Shown: positions 28,338-37,639 of the stretch, in pieces | Position numbering within the stretch: position 1 is the first letter of the stretch | Layout: every line of letters starts with the position of its first letter | From: Bacteriovoracaceae bacterium | Lineage (GTDB): Bacteria; Bdellovibrionota; Bacteriovoracia; Bacteriovoracales; Bacteriovoracaceae | DNA: 64,000 nt | Reading direction: 5' to 3' | Assembly: GCA_965243145.1 (NCBI GenBank) | Contig: CBDEUB010000002.1 | Coordinates: 878,354-942,353, forward strand | The notes under the pieces: model-generated | Databases searched by the model: none | The model's input: only the letters and a program-made list of their open reading frames with translations | What the model was told of the DNA's origin: nothing | Translations under genes and position numbers: made by a program

Positions 28338-28586
28338 ATGGTAGTCATTCGATTGGCCAGAGGGGGTAGGGCGCGCCGGCCCGTGTACACCATTGTGGCG
28401 GCCGATTCTCGCTGTCCCCGGGACGGGCGTTTTCTCGACCGCCTCGGGCAATATGGCCCCGACTGGCCAAAGGGCAGCGAATTAAAGGGCGTTAAAACCG
28501 AACTGATAAAGAGTTGGGTGGGCAAGGGTGCCATCATAAGCGATACGGTTCGCTCTTTGCTCAAAAGGAATCAAATCCAACTCTAG
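28338..28586 (+). CDS. rpsP: 30S ribosomal protein S16
   Basis: MVVIRLARGGRARRPVYTIVAADSRCPRDGRFLDRLGQY. Confidence 0.93.
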   Translation: MVVIRLARGGRARRPVYTIVAADSRCPRDGRFLDRLGQYGPDWPKGSELKGVKTELIKSWVGKGAIISDTVRSLLKRNQIQL

Positions 28587-28624
28587 GCCGTCACATTTCT
28601 GCAACTCAAACGAGTGAGGGGCCA

Positions 28625-28867
28625 ATGGGCGAACTGGGCAAATTGATCGAATATTTGGCGAAGTCTCTAGTGGACAACCCCGACGAAGTTGAAGTCAGGG
28701 AAATTACCGGAGAGCAAACCACCGTCGTTGAACTCAAAGTCAACAAGGGCGACCTGGGCAAAGTCATCGGCAAGCAAGGGCGTATGGCCAAGGCCATGCG
28801 AACCCTCCTCAGCGCCATTTCCACCAAGCTCAAAAAGCGCGCCGTTCTGGAAATTATCGAACAATAA
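28625..28867 (+). CDS. KH-domain RNA-binding protein (UPF0109/YlqC-like)
   Basis: LIEYLAKSLVDNPDEVEV...DLGKVIGKQGRMAKAMRTLL. It occupies the position after rpsP. Confidence 0.85.
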   Translation: MGELGKLIEYLAKSLVDNPDEVEVREITGEQTTVVELKVNKGDLGKVIGKQGRMAKAMRTLLSAISTKLKKRAVLEIIEQ

Positions 28868-28877
28868 GGAGAAACCC

Positions 28878-29483
28878 GTGACCCCACTGCGGAAACTGGC
28901 CGTCGCTTTGATTCTCATGTGGCCAGTGTGGGCCACCTACGCTGCGGTTTTCCTGGTAGATGAAAACGGCCGGCCGCGCTGCCGGATGGGCCAGATGGAA
29001 GCGGCCAACTTTCCCGCTGTACACTTACAAGAAGCGGACGGCATCGAATATTTGCGGGAGTGCGATCAAAACGACGCCCTCTACGCCGGCATGGTGCTCG
29101 ATCTTAAGGCCACTTCAAAGTCGATTCTAGCGGCGGAAATTCCGAGTGGCCTAGGCCTCATCCTTTCCCGCGGTTCTACTCTGATCATTCCACTGGTGCC
29201 GGGATGCCTGGCGGGCCTGCTCGGAAGCGGCGGGATGCTCCACCGTATCGTCGGCAAATGGCCAGCGGAAATCGCCCTTTTGGCGGGAACCGCCGGCGGT
29301 TCCCTGTGGGGCGTGGCCCTCTACGACAACCTCTTTCCCCCCGCCACCTCCACCACCGCCAAAGCGGTCAGGCGCACCTCCCTCAAACGGCTGGGCCTTT
29401 TTACCCTGGCCGGACTGGGGTTCAATGTTCTGTGCCGTAAAGTTTCGGTGGGGAGAGGCGGGGAACCACCACCGGAGTCATAG
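28878..29483 (+). CDS. hypothetical membrane protein
   Basis: A GTG start after the KH gene gives VTPLRKLAVALILMWPVWA... with several hydrophobic segments. The longer 28689 start overlaps the KH gene out of frame. Confidence 0.4.
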   Translation: MTPLRKLAVALILMWPVWATYAAVFLVDENGRPRCRMGQMEAANFPAVHLQEADGIEYLRECDQNDALYAGMVLDLKATSKSILAAEIPSGLGLILSRGSTLIIPLVPGCLAGLLGSGGMLHRIVGKWPAEIALLAGTAGGSLWGVALYDNLFPPATSTTAKAVRRTSLKRLGLFTLAGLGFNVLCRKVSVGRGGEPPPES

Positions 29484-29611
29484 AAAAAAGGCAACTGGCG
29501 GCCTTAAAGAACCTGCGGGTTTCAAATAAAAGGAAACTCTACCAGTTGCGTGATCACCTCCCATTATAGGCCCCCCACTGGAAAAATTCAAGGGGCCTTA
29601 CAGAAAAACCT

Positions 29612-29995
29612 CTACGGCAAACAAACCCAATCCCACAGGCCCGGTTCCCAAAAAGAGAATCCGAAAAGGTCTTCTATCAGAATCCACCCCTTAATGTCCC
29701 GGTCGTCCCTCGACTGAACCAATAACCACAAATTCGGCGTTTTACCGCAACAAAACTTCTCGACAAAATGCACCATGATCTCAAAATGTTCCCCCAGAGG
29801 AACGCTCCCCACTTCCTCTCCCCGTATCCACCCGAAATATCCGGCGACGGGGGCCTTGCTATAGAGCACCAGTTGCGTCTTGGCCTTGGCCACAAGTTCC
29901 GAACAATCCACCGGAGATTCCACTTGGCCCAGTGAGTGCACCACCAAAAAGGGCAGACAAAAAATAAAAAAGACTGGCCACCTGTTCTTCATCAC
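29612..29995 (-). CDS. hypothetical exported protein
   Basis: Signal peptide MMKNRWPVFFIFCLPFLVVHSLGQ. No family recognised. Confidence 0.5.
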   Translation of the reverse strand: MMKNRWPVFFIFCLPFLVVHSLGQVESPVDCSELVAKAKTQLVLYSKAPVAGYFGWIRGEEVGSVPLGEHFEIMVHFVEKFCCGKTPNLWLLVQSRDDRDIKGWILIEDLFGFSFWEPGLWDWVCLP

Positions 29996-30025
29996 AACCT
30001 CCTTGCAATGTTGCCCATATTCGCA

Positions 30026-30787
30026 TTAGCGCAAATACTTGTCCAGGCGCAAAGTTTTGCCCTTCCACTGGGCATTGACCGAGGGGTGCAAGGGGGGCGA
30101 GAAGGGGCCGCGCTTGACCACCACAAAAGGGCAGCGCTCCCACAACTTGAGAAAAGACGCAGAAGCGTCATCTTCGTCTGCGGGGCCGAGCAACTGCTTT
30201 AACATTTCCATTTCCTTGCGTCCGCGGGCGGAGTGCTTGCGGCCGAGAGAGGGGTACATGGGGTCGTAGAAGATGCGATCAAAGGGAATGTCGCAAAAGG
30301 CCCCGGCACTCTCTCCAAAGGCCAGGTGAAATCGGCCCCCCGCCCACAAGGCGTCGGGATGGCCCGACTGCCGCCAACGCTCCAGGGCATCCCACAAAAG
30401 GGCAAAGATCAGCGGGTGGCGCTCAGTGGCGTAGACTTCCTGCCGCCAGTACAAGAGCAACAGGGCATCCCGCGCTGTGCCTAAACTGGCATCCAAAATT
30501 TTACAAGTGTGATCCCTGTCCAATCCCAGCGCTTTTCCCAGGGGGGTTTTGCGCACGATGGGCGCGCGCTTTTGCCAGCGCTCCCACTCCGCCGCAAAAT
30601 TGGGCCGCCACAGGCCCTCCCGGTGGGCCAAATAGGGGCCGTCTTGCGTCCACCACAAATGGCCAGATTTTGGCCCCGCATCTGAAATGTGCCCCCGCCA
30701 ATCTACACCCTCCAAAGATGGAAGCTGTGGCCCATCCGCGGAAGGCGGCCAGGGGGTTTGGGGGGCGCGGTAGACAGTGCACAACAT
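30026..30787 (-). CDS. rsmJ: class I SAM-dependent rRNA methyltransferase, RsmJ (YhiQ)-like
   Basis: KILDASLGTARDALLL, FYDPMYP and KEMEMLKQLLGPADED...VVVKRGPFSPPL match the RsmJ pattern. Only the C-terminal 253 aa of the 615-aa ORF are used. The remainder is antisense to gcvP. Confidence 0.6.
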   Translation of the reverse strand: MLCTVYRAPQTPWPPSADGPQLPSLEGVDWRGHISDAGPKSGHLWWTQDGPYLAHREGLWRPNFAAEWERWQKRAPIVRKTPLGKALGLDRDHTCKILDASLGTARDALLLLYWRQEVYATERHPLIFALLWDALERWRQSGHPDALWAGGRFHLAFGESAGAFCDIPFDRIFYDPMYPSLGRKHSARGRKEMEMLKQLLGPADEDDASASFLKLWERCPFVVVKRGPFSPPLHPSVNAQWKGKTLRLDKYLR

Positions 30788-30856
30788 TCGGCGAAGATAG
30801 TCATGCCTTCGCCAAAAGGCCAGGGGCGTGGTAAAAAAACCATCGGAGATATTCCC

Positions 30857-33850
30857 ATGCCCACAGTGCCCACCCAAGAACTGAAAAAAGATTATATCTC
30901 CCTCACAGAGGGGGAGATTCGCCACATGCTGGAAACTGTGGGGGCCAATTCCCTGGAAGAATTGTTTGCCCACATTCCCGCAGACTTGCGCTTTTCCTCG
31001 CCCCCTTCGGTGTGTTCCCACTTGCCCCGGCCACAACTGCTCTCCCACCTGCAAGACCTGGCCAACAAGAATCGACTCAAAAGCTGTTTTATCGGCGATG
31101 CCCTCAAGTGGTACAGCGTCCACCCCATCGTCTCCTTCGTTTCTGGCGTGCGCGGCCTGTCCACCGCCTACACTCCCTACCAACCAGAGCGCTGCCAGGG
31201 AACCCTCAAAAGTTTGTGGATGTACAGTTCGGCGCTTTCCCAGTTGACCGGTTTTGAGGCGATCAACGCCAGTTTTTACGAGCGCTCGACTTGTCTCTTT
31301 GAAGCGGCCAACACCGCCTTGCGGATCAAAAAAAGGGCCACCACCGTCTTGCTCTCGGAGGGGTTGCATCCCCAAGACTTGGAAGTGATGCAAACTCTGG
31401 CGGCACACACCCCCATGCGCTTGGAGACTTTCCCCCTGGATGCCCGCACAGGCCAGAGTGACCTGACGGTACTCAATGGCAAATTGGAACAGTTGGGGGA
31501 AGAGGTGGCGGCGCTGATCTACCCCCACAGCAATTGCCTGGGCCTTTTGGAGGATGTCCACCGCCTCACCGACACCGTTCACCAGCACGGTGCACTGGCG
31601 ATCGCCGTGGTCGACCCCATGTTGCTGGGGCCAGGGGGGTTGGTTCCACCCTCGCAGTACGGTGAAAAAGGGGCCGATATGCTGGTGGGAGAAGGCCAAC
31701 ACCTGGCGATTGGGCCACATTTTGGCGGCCCCGGACTGGGGGTTTTTGGCATCCGTTTCAACTCGCAAAACCGCACCGCCATCCGCGCCACCGCTGGCCG
31801 CTTCGTGGGCAAGGCCACAGATGCGCAGGGGCGCGAGTGCCTGTGCATGGTGCTCTCCACCCGGGAACAACACATCCGGCGGGAAAAAGCGACCTCCAAC
31901 ATTTGTTCCAACCAGAGTTTTTTGGCCACCCTGGCGGGGGCCTCCTTACTGGCGCGAGGGGATCGCGGCCTAGGAGAAGTCTTGGAAAAATCCCGGGTGA
32001 GAACTCTGGAGGTGGCCACGGTTATACAATCCCTGGATGGCCTCGACCTGGCCTTTCCCCACACGCCCTTTTTTAACGAGTTGTGCTTGAGTTACCGGGG
32101 CGACCTCACCCAACTCTTGCAAAGGGCCTCAATCCAGGGAATCCAACTGGGTGTCGATGTGAGCGAACGAGTCCCCGCGCCGGGGAATTACTTGCTGCTC
32201 TTTTTTAACGATGCCCAAACCGACGGCGACATTGAAAAACTCAAAACTTTTTTGGCCAGTGAACTGGGAAACGGCCAGGGCCAAGAGCAAACCTCTCCCG
32301 TCATTCCTCCGCACCTGTTGCGCCGTGAAGAGATTGGCCTGCCCTCATTTGCCGAGTCGGAATTGCAAACATTTTATAGCGAATTGGGAGAGCAAAATGT
32401 CAGCCCCGACGACCACATTTACCCCCTGGGAAGTTGTACTATGAAGTACAACCCCCTGATCAACGATTGGGCCGCCAGTCTGGAAGGGTTTACCCGGCCG
32501 CACCCCCAAGCGCCGGAAGAAGATGTGCAGGGGTGTTTGGAAATTCTCTATTACATTCAGGAGTATTTTAAGGCCATCACAGGACTTTCCGCCGTGGCCA
32601 CAGGGCCGGTGGCCGGTGCCCAGGGGGAATTGGTGGGGCTTAAAATGTTTCAGGCCTACCACCGCGATCGGGGAAACGCAGACAAAAAAAAGCTGATCCT
32701 CATCCCTCGCAGTGCCCACGGAACCAACCCCGCCACCGCCACCATGGCGGGATTCACTCCCGGCAAGACAGGAGAGGCCGCGGCGGGACTGCTCTTTGTC
32801 GATGCCGATGAGTCCGGGCAAATCGACCTCCGGCAATTCCACACCCTGATGGACGAACACGGGGAGCGGGTGGCGGGCATGATGATCACCAACCCCAACA
32901 CCGCCGGCATTTTTGAAAACCATTTCAAAGAAGTGGCCGATCGCCTGCACGCGGTGGACGCCCTGGTGTATATGGACGGGGCCAATATGAACGCTATCGC
33001 AGGCCAAGTTAATCTGGCCGCCATGGGAGTGGATGCCGTCCACAACAACCTCCACAAAACCTGGAGTATTCCCCACGGCGGCGGCGGCCCCGGCGATGCC
33101 ATCGTCGCCGTCAGTGACAAGCTGGCCGACTACCTTCCCGGGCGGCAAATCGTGCGCGAAGAGGGGGGGGCCTTTCGCTCCCACACCCCCGACAAATCCA
33201 TCGGCGACTTCCACCGCCACTGGGGCAATTTCTCCCACAAGGTGCGCGCCTACACCTACCTGCGCGCCCTGGGAGATGGGGGCATTCGCCGCATGAGCGC
33301 CATTGCCGTTCTCTCGGCCCGCTACTTGCTGGAAAAACTCAAAGGCGTCTACCCCATTCTCCCCGCCGGCGGCGGCCACATCCCGCGCATGCACGAATTT
33401 ATCATCACCATGAACCCGGCCATCTGGGACAAACTCGCTGATGCGGGCCTCTCCAAAGCGCAGGGCATGTTGCAAATCGGAAAACTCTTTTTGGACTTTG
33501 GGCCACACACTCCCACCGTGGCCTTCCCCGAACCCCACGGTTTTATGATCGAACCCACCGAATCTTTTGATCTGGCCGAACTCGACCGCTTTGCCGAAAC
33601 CCTGCGGGCGGTGGCCAAAATCCTGGTGGAAACCCCCTCTGTGCTGAACACCGCCCCCCACTTTACCCCGGTGGGCAAAATCGACGAAGTGGCGGCCAAC
33701 AAAAACCTGGTGCTCTCCGGGCCAATTCCCTCTCTGGGGGAAGTGCTCCCCAACCGCATCCCCCCCGAGCAACTCAAAACCATGCCCTTGGGCCACATTT
33801 TCGAGAAAATGCTAAGAAGCAGTCTTAAAAGTGGCCCTCGGCCAAGCTAG
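30857..33850 (+). CDS. gcvP: glycine dehydrogenase (decarboxylating), single chain with subunit-1-like then subunit-2-like halves
   Basis: The start MPTVPTQELKKDYISLTEGEIRHMLETVGANSLEELFAHIP is gcvPA-like. The mid region LLRREEIGLPSFAESELQTFYSELGEQN...YPLGSCTMKYNP is gcvPB-like. The PLP region is NLHKTWSIPHGGGGPG. Confidence 0.92.
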   Translation: MPTVPTQELKKDYISLTEGEIRHMLETVGANSLEELFAHIPADLRFSSPPSVCSHLPRPQLLSHLQDLANKNRLKSCFIGDALKWYSVHPIVSFVSGVRGLSTAYTPYQPERCQGTLKSLWMYSSALSQLTGFEAINASFYERSTCLFEAANTALRIKKRATTVLLSEGLHPQDLEVMQTLAAHTPMRLETFPLDARTGQSDLTVLNGKLEQLGEEVAALIYPHSNCLGLLEDVHRLTDTVHQHGALAIAVVDPMLLGPGGLVPPSQYGEKGADMLVGEGQHLAIGPHFGGPGLGVFGIRFNSQNRTAIRATAGRFVGKATDAQGRECLCMVLSTREQHIRREKATSNICSNQSFLATLAGASLLARGDRGLGEVLEKSRVRTLEVATVIQSLDGLDLAFPHTPFFNELCLSYRGDLTQLLQRASIQGIQLGVDVSERVPAPGNYLLLFFNDAQTDGDIEKLKTFLASELGNGQGQEQTSPVIPPHLLRREEIGLPSFAESELQTFYSELGEQNVSPDDHIYPLGSCTMKYNPLINDWAASLEGFTRPHPQAPEEDVQGCLEILYYIQEYFKAITGLSAVATGPVAGAQGELVGLKMFQAYHRDRGNADKKKLILIPRSAHGTNPATATMAGFTPGKTGEAAAGLLFVDADESGQIDLRQFHTLMDEHGERVAGMMITNPNTAGIFENHFKEVADRLHAVDALVYMDGANMNAIAGQVNLAAMGVDAVHNNLHKTWSIPHGGGGPGDAIVAVSDKLADYLPGRQIVREEGGAFRSHTPDKSIGDFHRHWGNFSHKVRAYTYLRALGDGGIRRMSAIAVLSARYLLEKLKGVYPILPAGGGHIPRMHEFIITMNPAIWDKLADAGLSKAQGMLQIGKLFLDFGPHTPTVAFPEPHGFMIEPTESFDLAELDRFAETLRAVAKILVETPSVLNTAPHFTPVGKIDEVAANKNLVLSGPIPSLGEVLPNRIPPEQLKTMPLGHIFEKMLRSSLKSGPRPS

Positions 33851-33899
33851 TCAAGACAATGGGGAGGCAATCGGGCCAAACTGGCCCCACTTTCAATGT

Positions 33900-33984
33900 G
33901 CCGAAGTGGCGGAATGGTAGACGCAGCGGATTCAAAATCCGCCGGCCACTGGCCATGGGGGTTCAAGTCCCTTCTTCGGCACCA
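33900..33984 (+). tRNA. tRNA-Leu (anticodon CAA), CCA encoded
   Basis: The acceptor is GCCGAAG/CTTCGGC. The anticodon stem-loop is GCGGA-TTCAAAA-TCCGC. There is a long variable arm and a T-loop TTCAAGT. Confidence 0.9.
33968..33984 (+). repeat. attL core (within tRNA-Leu 3' end)
   Basis: Exact 17-bp match to 60523-60539. Confidence 0.8.
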
Positions 33985-34060
33985 ATAACGCATAAAATCA
34001 TTTATAAACCATTGATTTTATTAAATTTTTTGCGGCGTTCTGACCCCCTGAAAAATGGCC

Positions 34061-34079
34061 ATGGGCTAAATTTGGGCTA
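34061..34079 (+). repeat. 19-bp direct repeat ATGGGCTAAATTTGGGCTA (copy 1), possible integrase arm site
   Basis: Exact second copy at 60361-60379. Both lie just inside the island ends. Confidence 0.6.
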
Positions 34080-34081
34080 CT

Positions 34082-35176
34082 TTATTTTACCAGCGACAGG
34101 CCTAAAGCATTGCCACTAGCATTAAACTGCACTGTCTCCGCTATATTTTGCATAAAACTGGGATGGAGGGCCGCATACTTTTTAGCAGTCATTTCCACCG
34201 AGGTATGCCCAAGAATTTTAGAGAGAGCGAAGATGTCCCCACCCGCCATCACAAAATTGGAAGCGTAGGTCGTCCTCAAGTCGTGAAAGCGGATTCTCGG
34301 CACTTCGGCCCACTCTATGGCCTTTTTAAAGTGGCGATCCGATAAATGGTTCTCATCAATCAGTCCGCCATTTTCCAGAGCAAACACAAAGCAGGGATGC
34401 CTTTTGTTACGGGAGAGCTTCTCCAAGACTTCCCACGCCGAGGCATTGAGCGGAATATGCCGAATCAACCCCGTTTTGGTGGTGTCTTTTAGGCCGTAGC
34501 GGTCTTTGATTCTGGAAATCTCAATCCGCCTCTCGGAGAGGTTTACCTTGTCCCAACACAGGCCCACCAATTCTCCCCGGCGCATCCCCGTATTGAGAGC
34601 AACCACAAACAAGGGATAAAAAGGACTATCCACATTGGCCGACAAAAATTGCTTAACCTCGTGGAACTGCCAATAAGTTAAACTTCTCGGCGTTCCCTTG
34701 ATTTTTCTCATGCTTTTGAGGGGGTTGCGAACCAAGTAATCCAATTCAACGGCACTATTGAGGATTTGCTTTATCAAAGTTAGCATCCAATTGAGCCTAC
34801 GCGAACCAAGCCCATTTTTGCGGCAATGGTTGAGCACCTTTTGAACTAAAATTTGGTCGATTCTCTCAAGTTGGTTACTCTTGAAATTGGGCCTAAGGTA
34901 CTTTGTATAGGCCCTCTGATAATCCTCTAGCGTTCTGATGGCCAATCCTTGGTTTTGCTTCATTTCAAGCCACAATTTGAAAAAGGACTCAAAATCTATG
35001 GATTGAATGTGGGCAATACCCAAAGCCTCTTTCTTTTGCTGCTCAAGTGCAAAAGATGTTTTCCACTTGAGCGCATCCGATTTTCTCTTAAAAGTTCTGC
35101 TAATGGCCTTGCCATTAACATAAACTTTTTCTCGATAGCTGGTGACTTTACCAGCTTTGTTTCTGATCGTTTCCAT
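34082..35176 (-). CDS. int: tyrosine-type site-specific integrase
   Basis: The C-terminal catalytic region is RRGELVGLCWDKV...HDLRTTYASNFVMAGGDIFALSKILGHTSVEMTAKKYAAL (R...HxLR...H...Y). The start was chosen at METIRNK. The ORF is open up to 35290. Confidence 0.9.
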   Translation of the reverse strand: METIRNKAGKVTSYREKVYVNGKAISRTFKRKSDALKWKTSFALEQQKKEALGIAHIQSIDFESFFKLWLEMKQNQGLAIRTLEDYQRAYTKYLRPNFKSNQLERIDQILVQKVLNHCRKNGLGSRRLNWMLTLIKQILNSAVELDYLVRNPLKSMRKIKGTPRSLTYWQFHEVKQFLSANVDSPFYPLFVVALNTGMRRGELVGLCWDKVNLSERRIEISRIKDRYGLKDTTKTGLIRHIPLNASAWEVLEKLSRNKRHPCFVFALENGGLIDENHLSDRHFKKAIEWAEVPRIRFHDLRTTYASNFVMAGGDIFALSKILGHTSVEMTAKKYAALHPSFMQNIAETVQFNASGNALGLSLVK

Positions 35177-35378
35177 GTTCGTCTCCTGAGTTAGAGAAGC
35201 AAACATGGCACTGTGGCCTAATTTTAGAATGTCAAAAAGCGTCTCCTCTTGCGAGGACAAGTCTTCTATTTTCGCAAAAAGAAGACGCAATCAATGTAAC
35301 TCGTGCCGTGTTTGCCGTCAATAAAAATTGCTAAAATTTGCGAGAAAATTGCGGAAAAATTCCGCTAAAAAGATGGGC

Positions 35379-35564
35379 CTAATGGCACATTTCGACGGTG
35401 TGTTTTTGAATCCACTCTTTGAGGTCACACTCTCGAAACCTCACCAAATTGCCCACTTTGATATAGGGGATGGCCCTTCTAAAAATGGCACTGCGAAGCC
35501 AACTCACTTTTACATTGAGGAATTTGGCGGCATCATCGACGGTCATTAGAGTTTGATTATCCAT
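35379..35564 (-). CDS. xis: excisionase / AlpA-type helix-turn-helix protein
   Basis: 61 aa: LMTVDDAAKFLNVKVSWLRSAIFRRAIPYIKVGNLVRFRECDLKEWI. Confidence 0.8.
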   Translation of the reverse strand: MDNQTLMTVDDAAKFLNVKVSWLRSAIFRRAIPYIKVGNLVRFRECDLKEWIQKHTVEMCH

Positions 35565-35687
35565 GTTATAAACTCCTTTTTGGGCCTAGATTTGGCCATG
35601 GTTATTCCCAGCGTTGATCTCAAATCCCCCATTGCTCTGGGTAGCGGTGGGGCATTATTAAATTTTGGAAACGGATTAAATTTGAGT

Positions 35688-35930
35688 TTATTCAGATAAC
35701 TGTTTGATAATTTTTTTTAATTTGGCCGAATCTTTTTTTAAGATCGAGACTTCAAAAAAAAGCAATCCAAAAGAATAAGTCATGCCAGAAGTCAAACTCA
35801 CGACTAATTCTTGATCCACATTTTGGCCTAATTGTGCTTCTATAGCGATTCCTTCACTGTCTTTATCGTAGTAGGCGCGGATTGTGTTGGGGCCTTGTCT
35901 ACTGTTTTTTGTGTCTGATAATTTGCACAC
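35688..35930 (-). CDS. hypothetical protein
   Basis: 80-aa ORF in the AT-rich island. No motif recognised. Confidence 0.35.
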   Translation of the reverse strand: MCKLSDTKNSRQGPNTIRAYYDKDSEGIAIEAQLGQNVDQELVVSLTSGMTYSFGLLFFEVSILKKDSAKLKKIIKQLSE

Positions 35931-36063
35931 AATGCCCCTTTCAAAAAACTCTCGGATTTCTTTGCTACTTTTACTCGCTAAATACTCTTAAAATTGCTCA
36001 TATTGATCTTTATCAACCAGTTCCCCCAGTTTTTTTAAAGGAGTAACAGCAATTTTTCTCCTT

Positions 36064-36720
36064 TTAGGCATTACAGTTCTGTGGAGATAGTATCTTCCCC
36101 ATATCTTCGATTCTCTTTTGATAGAGAATATCGATCAGGGCCATAGTATCGGCCCGCTCTGTCTTTCCCTTGTGAGGTTCAAATAAATCCTCTATAGAAA
36201 CCATCAAATGTTCCAACTCTTCCTTTGTGGAGCAAATTGCCGTTACTGCCTCTAGGTAACTGTAGGGAGGGCAAAAAATCCCGGTTTCAAACAAACTCAC
36301 GATTTTAGACAACCTCGCTCCCTTGGGATAAGAAACGCCCAGGATTCCCGTTTTTTTCAGTGCGGAAAGCCTCTTGCCTAATTGTTCAGGCGACAATTGG
36401 CCTCTCTGCCGAATATCTTTTAAAAAATTGGCAATGAGAGATACGATGGATTCGGATTTTTTTTCTACTATGTGATATGAAGCAAAAATATTATCTCTTA
36501 TAAACGCATCTAAATCTTGAATAATGACATCAAAATATCTTCTCCCTTCGTTCAAAAATTGAAGCGACAAGTTGTTGGCGGCCACAACTGCCGAATGTCC
36601 ATCTTCCTCTAAATATGCTCCCACTAAAAAGGCCGTTTCATAGCGGTTGTCATCAATTAAAACTTTGAGTCCAGTTCTATTATTTTCAGTTTTCATAAAC
36701 GATTTCTCCTTTGTTGTCAC
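36064..36720 (-). CDS. hypothetical protein with internal HTH-like segment
   Basis: 218 aa. It is the last gene of three overlapping genes (ATGA-type overlap at 36720). The HTH-like segment is ARLSKIVSLFETG. Confidence 0.5.
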   Translation of the reverse strand: MTTKEKSFMKTENNRTGLKVLIDDNRYETAFLVGAYLEEDGHSAVVAANNLSLQFLNEGRRYFDVIIQDLDAFIRDNIFASYHIVEKKSESIVSLIANFLKDIRQRGQLSPEQLGKRLSALKKTGILGVSYPKGARLSKIVSLFETGIFCPPYSYLEAVTAICSTKEELEHLMVSIEDLFEPHKGKTERADTMALIDILYQKRIEDMGKILSPQNCNA

Positions 36721-37022
36721 TAGCTTTTGCTGTGTTTTATTTGTGCTATTACATCGAGCGGACTAACATTAAAATGCCTACATAATTTATCGAACTCAGA
36801 AAATCTTATATCTTCCAGGCCTCGCTCTATGCGAGAAATTTGACTTTGATCCTTTCCCAAAAGGTAAGCTACAATTCTTTGTGATTGATGGTTTTTTTCT
36901 CTTATGGCCTTTAAAGCTTTTCCGGTTTTAATTTTAAATGCATCATCATTGCTAATCTTTTTTTGAATAAAACACTCTTTAAATGACCGATTCGTAGCTT
37001 CATCATCAATCAGAATTTTCAT
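36720..37022 (-). CDS. XRE-family helix-turn-helix transcriptional regulator
   Basis: KALKAIREKNHQSQRIVAYLLGKDQSQISRIERG. Confidence 0.75.
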   Translation of the reverse strand: MKILIDDEATNRSFKECFIQKKISNDDAFKIKTGKALKAIREKNHQSQRIVAYLLGKDQSQISRIERGLEDIRFSEFDKLCRHFNVSPLDVIAQIKHSKS

Positions 37023-37470
37023 TTTCCTTACCTTTTTTCTTATTTTCCTTTCTTTGCTTTATTGCTTCTTGAAATTTAATCATTGCTTCTTTACTGGCAC
37101 CTGATAAAAATATCTCATGCACTTGATGAATAACTTGAATTTTTGAGGCATTTAAGGCCGGAAAGAAAAATTTTTGATAAGACATCATCCTTTTTTCTTT
37201 GGCCTCTCTATCCTCATTTTTAATCAGAGGGACATATAAAATCGCCTGATTTCCCAACCAAGGAGCGGAGGGCATTGGATAATCTAAGTTACTTTTTTCG
37301 ATGATTTTAAATTTTTCGTGGAGATAATTTTTAATACTGATTCTGTCGGGTGTTTCTACTCCACTAGGATTTTCCTTCTCGATTATCTCTGAGATTATTT
37401 CAATGATGGCAATGACATCTTCGTAAGAATCCACATTGGCCACCCTGCTTTTGTTTGTATTCTTGCCCAT
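37006..37470 (-). CDS. hypothetical protein
   Basis: 154 aa. It is the first gene of the three-gene leftward operon and overlaps the next gene by 17 nt. No family recognised. Confidence 0.5.
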   Translation of the reverse strand: MGKNTNKSRVANVDSYEDVIAIIEIISEIIEKENPSGVETPDRISIKNYLHEKFKIIEKSNLDYPMPSAPWLGNQAILYVPLIKNEDREAKEKRMMSYQKFFFPALNASKIQVIHQVHEIFLSGASKEAMIKFQEAIKQRKENKKKGKENENSD

Positions 37471-37639
37471 ATCTGCTCCTCATTTTATATGAATTTTTAA
37501 GACAATAACATATTTTATATGAAATACAAGAAAAATATTACCTTTCTAACATATTGAAATTATTAGGTTTAATAATATTTTTTGGCATTTAAATAATTTT
37601 CAGGCCTAATGAGGCCGCCCGTATTAAAATACTGATTAA

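Noticed and set aside
30788-31873. The N-terminal 360 aa of a 615-aa minus-strand ORF, and likewise the 483-aa minus-strand ORF at 32345-33796.
   Set aside because: Both are antisense to the well-supported gcvP gene in GC-rich DNA, where long spurious antisense ORFs are expected. The sequences are low-complexity (G/A/P/R-rich) with no motifs. Only the 3' 253 codons (the rsmJ-like part) lie outside gcvP.
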